From: a virus
Taxonomy: Duplodnaviria > Caudoviricetes
DNA length: 30,271 nucleotides
Virus record (IMG/VR): IMGVR_UViG_3300024515_000033
Span: 1 to 30,271 of that record
Direction: 5' to 3' (one strand)
Position 1 is the first letter of the stretch. Each line of letters starts with the position of its first letter. The notes under the pieces are model-generated. The model worked only from the letters and a program-made list of their open reading frames with translations, did no database searches and was not told where the DNA came from. Shown here one piece after another: positions 25,764 to 30,271 of this stretch. The position numbers and the translations under genes are program-made.

Positions 25764-26046
25764 GATTACGCTCCGAGATCGCTCTTGCCTTCGCGCGGGC
25801 ATCCTCTTTACTGGATGCGCCCCACGCCTTTAAAGCTAACGCCAATCGAGTAGGTTTACCGTTTTTTTCCATCGGGCCAGGCATATTGCCCATGCGAGCA
25901 AGAAAAGACGCGCGACGCGGGTTATCGCCAGCCTTGACGGGAGGCTTTAGCGTGCCGCCAGTCTCCGCGTGATAGCTCGCCCGTCCCTTGGCGTTCAAGC
26001 CGCCCTCGGGGTTTTTACCCTCGCTACGCGTCCATGCTGCGCTCAT
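25756..26046 (-). CDS. Small basic phage protein
   Basis: 96 aa; W.R.EGKNP.GGLN.KGR.SY...RR.SF.ARM; ATGA overlap. Confidence 0.75.
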   Translation of the reverse strand: MSAAWTRSEGKNPEGGLNAKGRASYHAETGGTLKPPVKAGDNPRRASFLARMGNMPGPMEKNGKPTRLALALKAWGASSKEDARAKARAISERNRD

Positions 26047-26201
26047 TTGTTCTCCGGTTTCACAGTCTTCGCAGATTCGCGGAAAGCCTTCGCGGTCGGC
26101 GCACCGGGATCGCCAGGCTTGCGCATCTTCTCGCCTGATCCATGCTTAATCCGTTCCTGCTTGGCTAGGATGTTGGCATAAAGCCCCGGTTTGTTCATCA
26201 T
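26043..26201 (-). CDS. Small basic phage protein (52 aa)
   Basis: KPGLYANI.AK..RI..GSGEKMRKPG..GAPT; start revised via ATGA overlap. Confidence 0.7.
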   Translation of the reverse strand: MMNKPGLYANILAKQERIKHGSGEKMRKPGDPGAPTAKAFRESAKTVKPENK

Positions 26202-26509
26202 GCTGAGAAGATTCCAACAGCAATGACAGTCGCGCCTGCGCCGGTCGTGATTTTCCACGGGCCGGTAGCAGCAGCCATATTCATTTCGACGCTATAAACG
26301 CCAGGCACTAGCGTAGCCGAACCCGTCAACAGCGGAATGGAAGTCGATCCATCCAGCACCGTCACGGTTGCAGTCGCCACGGTGTTGACGCTGATAATCA
26401 GCCTGTGCAGATAGTCGCCTTTAGCGCCCGTACCGCCCAACACTTGCGCGGTTTGCGATGCTGCAACAGTCTCATACGCATATGCGTACGGGTTAGAAAC
26501 GCCACTCAT
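26198..26509 (-). CDS. Hypothetical, possibly structural protein
   Basis: 103 aa, T/A/G-rich beta pattern; ATGA overlap with terL. Confidence 0.7.
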   Translation of the reverse strand: MSGVSNPYAYAYETVAASQTAQVLGGTGAKGDYLHRLIISVNTVATATVTVLDGSTSIPLLTGSATLVPGVYSVEMNMAAATGPWKITTGAGATVIAVGIFSA

Positions 26510-27837
26510 ATTCTTGCTCCTTTAGGTTTAACAGTTGACCACATATCGTTAAGGGTAACTGTGTTTTGCGGGCCTACCATCAGAGGCTTCTCTCTGTCCG
26601 GCGCTCTGACTACCGGCTCTTGCTTCCAAGCTATCGCCATCATACGAAAAGCATCTGCGGGATGGCTAGTCCAATCGTGTCTCGGGGTCTGTCTGAATGC
26701 CTTCTTGTCCTCGTCATACTCGCGTTGATACTGCTTCAATGCCTCGATGCCCTCGTAACATTTGTTGTCAAACCAAGTGATCGGGAGCATCTTCCTTACT
26801 GCCTGAATGCCGTCTTGGATCGACAGATCAGGAACGATAGCCAGCGAGGAAATGCCCAAGTGCGCCCCAAGCTGCTCAATGATGGACTTGCCGCCGCTGG
26901 CAAGGGTTTTGGCTTTTGCGTCGTGCGGGAGCCAATGCTTACCATAGCGATAACCTCGGCTCTCAATAACCTGCGCGAGTTCTTCAATGTTTGCGCCCGA
27001 TACCGAGTAATGGTCGATAACATGGATTTCTCCCCGCAAGACTTGATACCACCAAATCGCCGTATCGTCCCGATAGCCCAAGTCCCACGCGGTATGCACT
27101 GGCACGCTCGGGTCAACATCAATGCTTGTTACACGCCCTTGTTGCTCGAGTTCTCTAAATTCTGTGCCGTAAAAAGCTCCGAGGATTGCAGCTTCGAATG
27201 AGCATTCGTACTCCTGCAAGTACTGATCCTCGGACAATTGCGCCCTGGCTGCTGCAAGCTCGGATGGAGGAAGCAGCCCCGACGAAGAAGCGGGCAGACG
27301 CAGCAGGAACCATTCGTGAGGGGAACGAATGGCGTTTTCATAAATCGACCAGAACTGGTTTTTACCCTTGGGCGTACCACCAAACACCGCCCACCCCTGC
27401 TTGTCAGACAATGCCGGACGGATAACGTTGCCCCAAACGCTCGGTTTGAAGTCGCCATACTCGTCCATGTAGATACCGTCAAAGCCAAGACCGCGCATCG
27501 CGTCGGCATTGTCAGCACCAAACAGCCTAACCTTCGCCAAGTTCATCAGCGTAACTGTTAGTTCAGCCTCGTTGCTATCGAGGATGATCGGCGCAGCAAA
27601 GGTCTTGAGATAGTCCCAAACCACCGACTTCGCCTGGCTTCGGTACGGAGCAATGTAGCCGAACAGCGGGAAAGTTGACCTACAAGTAGCCGCTGCCCTG
27701 ATTACGTCATTGATAGCCGCTACTGTCTTGCCTGCGCGTCGATGAGCGACTAAACAGCCCCATCGCTGCGTGCGGGCATGGAAGGGGAGGAAAGCCCGTC
27801 TCGGCGCATAGGGAAGGATTATTTGGGATCGGCCCAT
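26506..27837 (-). CDS. terL: Terminase large subunit
   Basis: Walker A AHRRAGKT, Walker B GIYMDE, GTPKG, nuclease AWDLG..D and HPADAFR. Confidence 0.95.
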   Translation of the reverse strand: MGRSQIILPYAPRRAFLPFHARTQRWGCLVAHRRAGKTVAAINDVIRAAATCRSTFPLFGYIAPYRSQAKSVVWDYLKTFAAPIILDSNEAELTVTLMNLAKVRLFGADNADAMRGLGFDGIYMDEYGDFKPSVWGNVIRPALSDKQGWAVFGGTPKGKNQFWSIYENAIRSPHEWFLLRLPASSSGLLPPSELAAARAQLSEDQYLQEYECSFEAAILGAFYGTEFRELEQQGRVTSIDVDPSVPVHTAWDLGYRDDTAIWWYQVLRGEIHVIDHYSVSGANIEELAQVIESRGYRYGKHWLPHDAKAKTLASGGKSIIEQLGAHLGISSLAIVPDLSIQDGIQAVRKMLPITWFDNKCYEGIEALKQYQREYDEDKKAFRQTPRHDWTSHPADAFRMMAIAWKQEPVVRAPDREKPLMVGPQNTVTLNDMWSTVKPKGARI

Positions 27838-28058
27838 CGGATTATCATCTCCTGTGGCCCGCCCTCATCACCTACGTTTTCAGTCCTCGCCAAATCAGGA
27901 ACGACCTTTTTCAGCAGAATGTCCGCTGCTTTCACTTGGCTGTTCGACAGCTCAATCTCGCCCTCAACGTGCTTCAAGAGGCGATTCATAATCTGACTGG
28001 CTTGAATCTTCTCCCGCCATGAGTCAGATAAAGTTATCTTTCGCTTCCTCGCCGCCAT
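27819..28058 (-). CDS. Putative terminase small subunit
   Basis: 79 aa overlapping terL start; basic N-terminus; C-terminal G..GGP..IIRW. Confidence 0.6.
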   Translation of the reverse strand: MAARKRKITLSDSWREKIQASQIMNRLLKHVEGEIELSNSQVKAADILLKKVVPDLARTENVGDEGGPQEMIIRWADPK

Positions 28059-28095
28059 ATCATTGATTTGTAACGAAAATTGTCAACATACTTAG

Positions 28096-28482
28096 TTAAT
28101 CTTTAGGTACTGGATAACGCAATTCATCCTGCCCTGCAAATGGGCTTTTGCCTTGCTTGATTCGACCTATTGCGAACTGTTCTGCTTTGGAATAAATCTC
28201 AGGGGTCGGCTCATTCCCTGCGGTCAAGTGCTGCAATTCTTGTTTCGTTAGGGTAGGCACAATTAGCGGGTGTTCAACTTGCTGGCCATTGTGTTCAAAG
28301 ATAGACGAAAGTTCTGTTGCCATGCCATCTTGGGCGGGCAGTTGACCGAAATACCCTTTGCCTTTAGCCGTGAAAGGATTGTTTACTGCCTGCTCATTGC
28401 CGTGTCTCATGCCATAAGGCGCAAGCGTCTGTTCAGACGGATACGCTTTCAGCAAAGCAGCAAGACGCGCATTGTCAGCCAC
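28096..28482 (-). CDS. Hypothetical protein
   Basis: 128 aa, GTG start; KGKGYFG.L...ATELS...PLIVPTL. Confidence 0.7.
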   Translation of the reverse strand: MADNARLAALLKAYPSEQTLAPYGMRHGNEQAVNNPFTAKGKGYFGQLPAQDGMATELSSIFEHNGQQVEHPLIVPTLTKQELQHLTAGNEPTPEIYSKAEQFAIGRIKQGKSPFAGQDELRYPVPKD

Positions 28483-28639
28483 GGTGCATCCGTTTCATGG
28501 CTTCGGCTAACTTCTTGCCCTTGTCAGCAGCGTTGAATTCCTTCGCTACTTTGACCGGTACGCCGACCTTCTTGGCGAATTTTGGGTCGTGAGCGGCCGC
28601 CGCCATCATGCGGGCTTGAGCAGGGGAGTGACTGGGCAT
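28475..28639 (-). CDS. 54-aa small basic protein
   Basis: MPSHSPAQARMMAAAAHDPKFAKKVGVPVKVAKEFNAADKGKKLAEAMKRMHRG; fills the gap; not in ORF track. Confidence 0.75.
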   Translation of the reverse strand: MPSHSPAQARMMAAAAHDPKFAKKVGVPVKVAKEFNAADKGKKLAEAMKRMHRG

Positions 28640-28641
28640 GA

Positions 28642-28980
28642 TTAGTCAAACTGATAATTAAATCTGATACCGGACTCACCACGACTAAAATTCTTAATTT
28701 TTTGCTTGAAATCAGGGGTTTCAACAGAACCGACAGCACCTCCACCACCACCATACAACTGAAGTTGAGCGCGTTCAGAGAATGGAATGTTCAACATTGC
28801 TTGACCACCTCCCGACAAGATTTTTGCGCCTTTTTCATTCTCAAAGCCGCCGCTTCCAAACATCCGCAACGGACTACCGGCGACTCCTTCATAACTTGGC
28901 TGATAGTCAAGGTTCAAAGACTTTTGGATTTCGCCATGCCTTCTAAGTGCTTCAGCAAGATTTGCCGCGTCTCTGTCCAT
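28642..28980 (-). CDS. Hypothetical Gly-rich beta-strand protein (112 aa)
   Basis: Start revised to MDRDAA, 8 nt after the upstream stop; ends GIRFNYQFD. Confidence 0.65.
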   Translation of the reverse strand: MDRDAANLAEALRRHGEIQKSLNLDYQPSYEGVAGSPLRMFGSGGFENEKGAKILSGGGQAMLNIPFSERAQLQLYGGGGGAVGSVETPDFKQKIKNFSRGESGIRFNYQFD

Positions 28981-28987
28981 TATATTC

Positions 28988-29356
28988 TCACTTGAGGAAG
29001 CGTAACTTGTAGAGGGTTGAATCGATCTGATCCGCAATCTCATCCACGATGTTCTGAAGCTGGCTTTCTTCGGGCAAATCCTTGCGAATATCGTCCACGA
29101 AGTCTTTAATCTGCGTCAAATACTTAACCGGCTCGGTAGCCAGGTGGAACTCTTTGGGGTAGTTTGTGATGATGTCGTAGCACCCCTGATAAGCCTCTGC
29201 CCACTTGTCGGCAAGCTCGACGATTGCGTCGTAATACTCACCAAGCGCCATATGCTGGGCGAAACTCTTGGTTTGCAGGTGCATGAAATGCGTTACGGTT
29301 GCCGAGTGAAAAAGAACACTAACAAACGCCGCCGCCGATTCGTTGTATTTCGACAT
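28988..29356 (-). CDS. Dps/ferritin-like protein
   Basis: H..H.QT.SFA.H.AL.E.YD......D..AE.YQG; ends LYKLRFLK. Confidence 0.75.
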   Translation of the reverse strand: MSKYNESAAAFVSVLFHSATVTHFMHLQTKSFAQHMALGEYYDAIVELADKWAEAYQGCYDIITNYPKEFHLATEPVKYLTQIKDFVDDIRKDLPEESQLQNIVDEIADQIDSTLYKLRFLK

Positions 29357-29383
29357 TTTTCACCCTTTTTCAGCAATATCTTG

Positions 29384-29412
29384 ATGGTATTCGGGATTTT
29401 TCATGGTGTCAA
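29384..29412 (-). promoter_or_regulatory. Putative sigma70 promoter for the packaging/structural operon
   Basis: TTGACA (29412-29407), 17 nt, TACCAT (29389-29384). Confidence 0.65.
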
Positions 29413-29705
29413 GCCCGTAATTTGACCATTTGGGCAATCATGATTTCTACCGTATCTTTCACGCCCTGCACATCTCGAACGATTGCCCTGCACCCCGTCC
29501 ATTGCAGCGCAAACTTTTGTTGATCCTCAGTCTCCTTACCTTTCGGCCCTTTGACCTCAACTAGCCATGTAACCCCTCCAAAAGCGACGAGAAGGTCAGG
29601 CACGCCCTTTCCCATCGCGGCAAGGGATAGCACCGCACAGCCCCGCATTTTGAACTCTGTGACGATTTCCTGATGGTTAGCATCGACTTTAGCGGCGCGT
29701 CTCAA
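29409..29705 (-). CDS. PD-(D/E)xK nuclease (VRR-NUC/resolvase-like)
   Basis: RRAAKVDAN, G.GVPDLLV, LVEVK and T.DQ..F motifs. Confidence 0.8.
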   Translation of the reverse strand: MRRAAKVDANHQEIVTEFKMRGCAVLSLAAMGKGVPDLLVAFGGVTWLVEVKGPKGKETEDQQKFALQWTGCRAIVRDVQGVKDTVEIMIAQMVKLRA

Positions 29706-29932
29706 TGGGATGCCTTCTCGATTGCTTTTGCCGCTTCAATTTCTGCCATGACTTCCGGCCCGGTCTCAATCGTGATCCGCATATCATTGACCAGCAATTC
29801 CAAACGTACACCGTCAGAAAGTTCTGTTTCGGTGTAATCGCTTTGCGCTTGACCAAACGCAAGAACAGCCGAACAAATGCCATGCAACACCTCTAAAGCT
29901 TCCCGCCCGTTTACCTTCGAAAATTGGCACAT
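29702..29932 (-). CDS. Hypothetical protein
   Basis: 76-aa ORF overlapping both neighbours. Confidence 0.55.
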   Translation of the reverse strand: MCQFSKVNGREALEVLHGICSAVLAFGQAQSDYTETELSDGVRLELLVNDMRITIETGPEVMAEIEAAKAIEKASH

Positions 29933-30204
29933 AGCTGCTCCGTCTGTTGTAACAATTCTTGCTCTGTCCCGTACCGTTTCTCAAATTCCTTGCGCCAGGG
30001 GTGTCGGCTCACAAATTCCGGCGTATTTCTGCCGCTCCTGTGATGCGTCGGACACAGGCATATCACAAACATTTCACCCGCCCGCTTGCTTCCCGACAAA
30101 ACGTGGTGAATATCCCCATCCGAGCGCACACCGTGGAACAACCTGCAAACGATACACCCCAAGTCTCTGACCTTGGCGTGCCATTGCTGTTCAGCTTTCG
30201 TCAA
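29911..30204 (-). CDS. Ref-like HNH/zinc nuclease
   Basis: LGCIVC...IHH...LCPTHHR...FE..YGTE.ELL; TTG start with GGGAG SD. Confidence 0.75.
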   Translation of the reverse strand: MTKAEQQWHAKVRDLGCIVCRLFHGVRSDGDIHHVLSGSKRAGEMFVICLCPTHHRSGRNTPEFVSRHPWRKEFEKRYGTEQELLQQTEQLCANFRR

Positions 30205-30271
30205 GGGTAACTCCCGCGTGATGAGTTGCTGCCATCAGCCAGTCCAACCATTCAGAGAATCGAGCCTTGGT
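30191..30271 (-). CDS. Partial CDS (C-terminus), NinB-like
   Basis: TKARFSEWLDWLMAATHHAGVTLDES*; truncated by the window edge. Confidence 0.45.
   Translation of the reverse strand, partial: TKARFSEWLDWLMAATHHAGVTLDES

Noticed and set aside
28056-28086. TTGACA and an IHF-like AATCAATGATATG upstream of the putative terS
   Set aside because: No correctly spaced -10 and the IHF match is imperfect; cannot support a promoter or packaging site

Overview
About 30 kb of a tailed dsDNA phage genome with a P22/podovirus-like layout; no integrase or cI is visible in the window. A Gram-negative, probably proteobacterial, host is inferred from sigma70-type promoters, a lipobox protein and a GH24 endolysin. 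Left arm (+ strand, 467-4724): early genes, including an Erf-family annealing protein, a YqaJ/lambda-type exonuclease, a small SSB-like protein, a MazG-like protein and many small ORFs. These diverge from a cro-like gene (64-285, -). The rest is one long minus-strand block, read from the right: NinB-like/Ref-like/nuclease genes, a promoter, a Dps-like gene, small genes, TerS, TerL, an ADP-ribosyltransferase-like protein, portal, scaffold, major capsid protein, decoration protein, a Maf-like/glycosyltransferase/methyltransferase cassette, head-tail proteins, ejection proteins, tail fibres and lysis genes. Main observations: (1) the major capsid gene is split by a 703-nt group I intron (19947-20649) with a readable P1/P3-P9 core and a GIY-YIG endonuclease in L8; (2) a candidate virion glycosylation cassette sits inside the head module; (3) three unrelated packaging-region proteins, one ART-like and one with a beta-signal-like C-terminus, share an N-terminal (R/N)(I/L)A(A/E)(A/L)L motif, possibly a capsid-cargo tag; (4) a structured RNA with a loop-E-like motif lies between the SSB-like and MazG-like genes. 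All family assignments come from motif recognition by eye; no searches were run.
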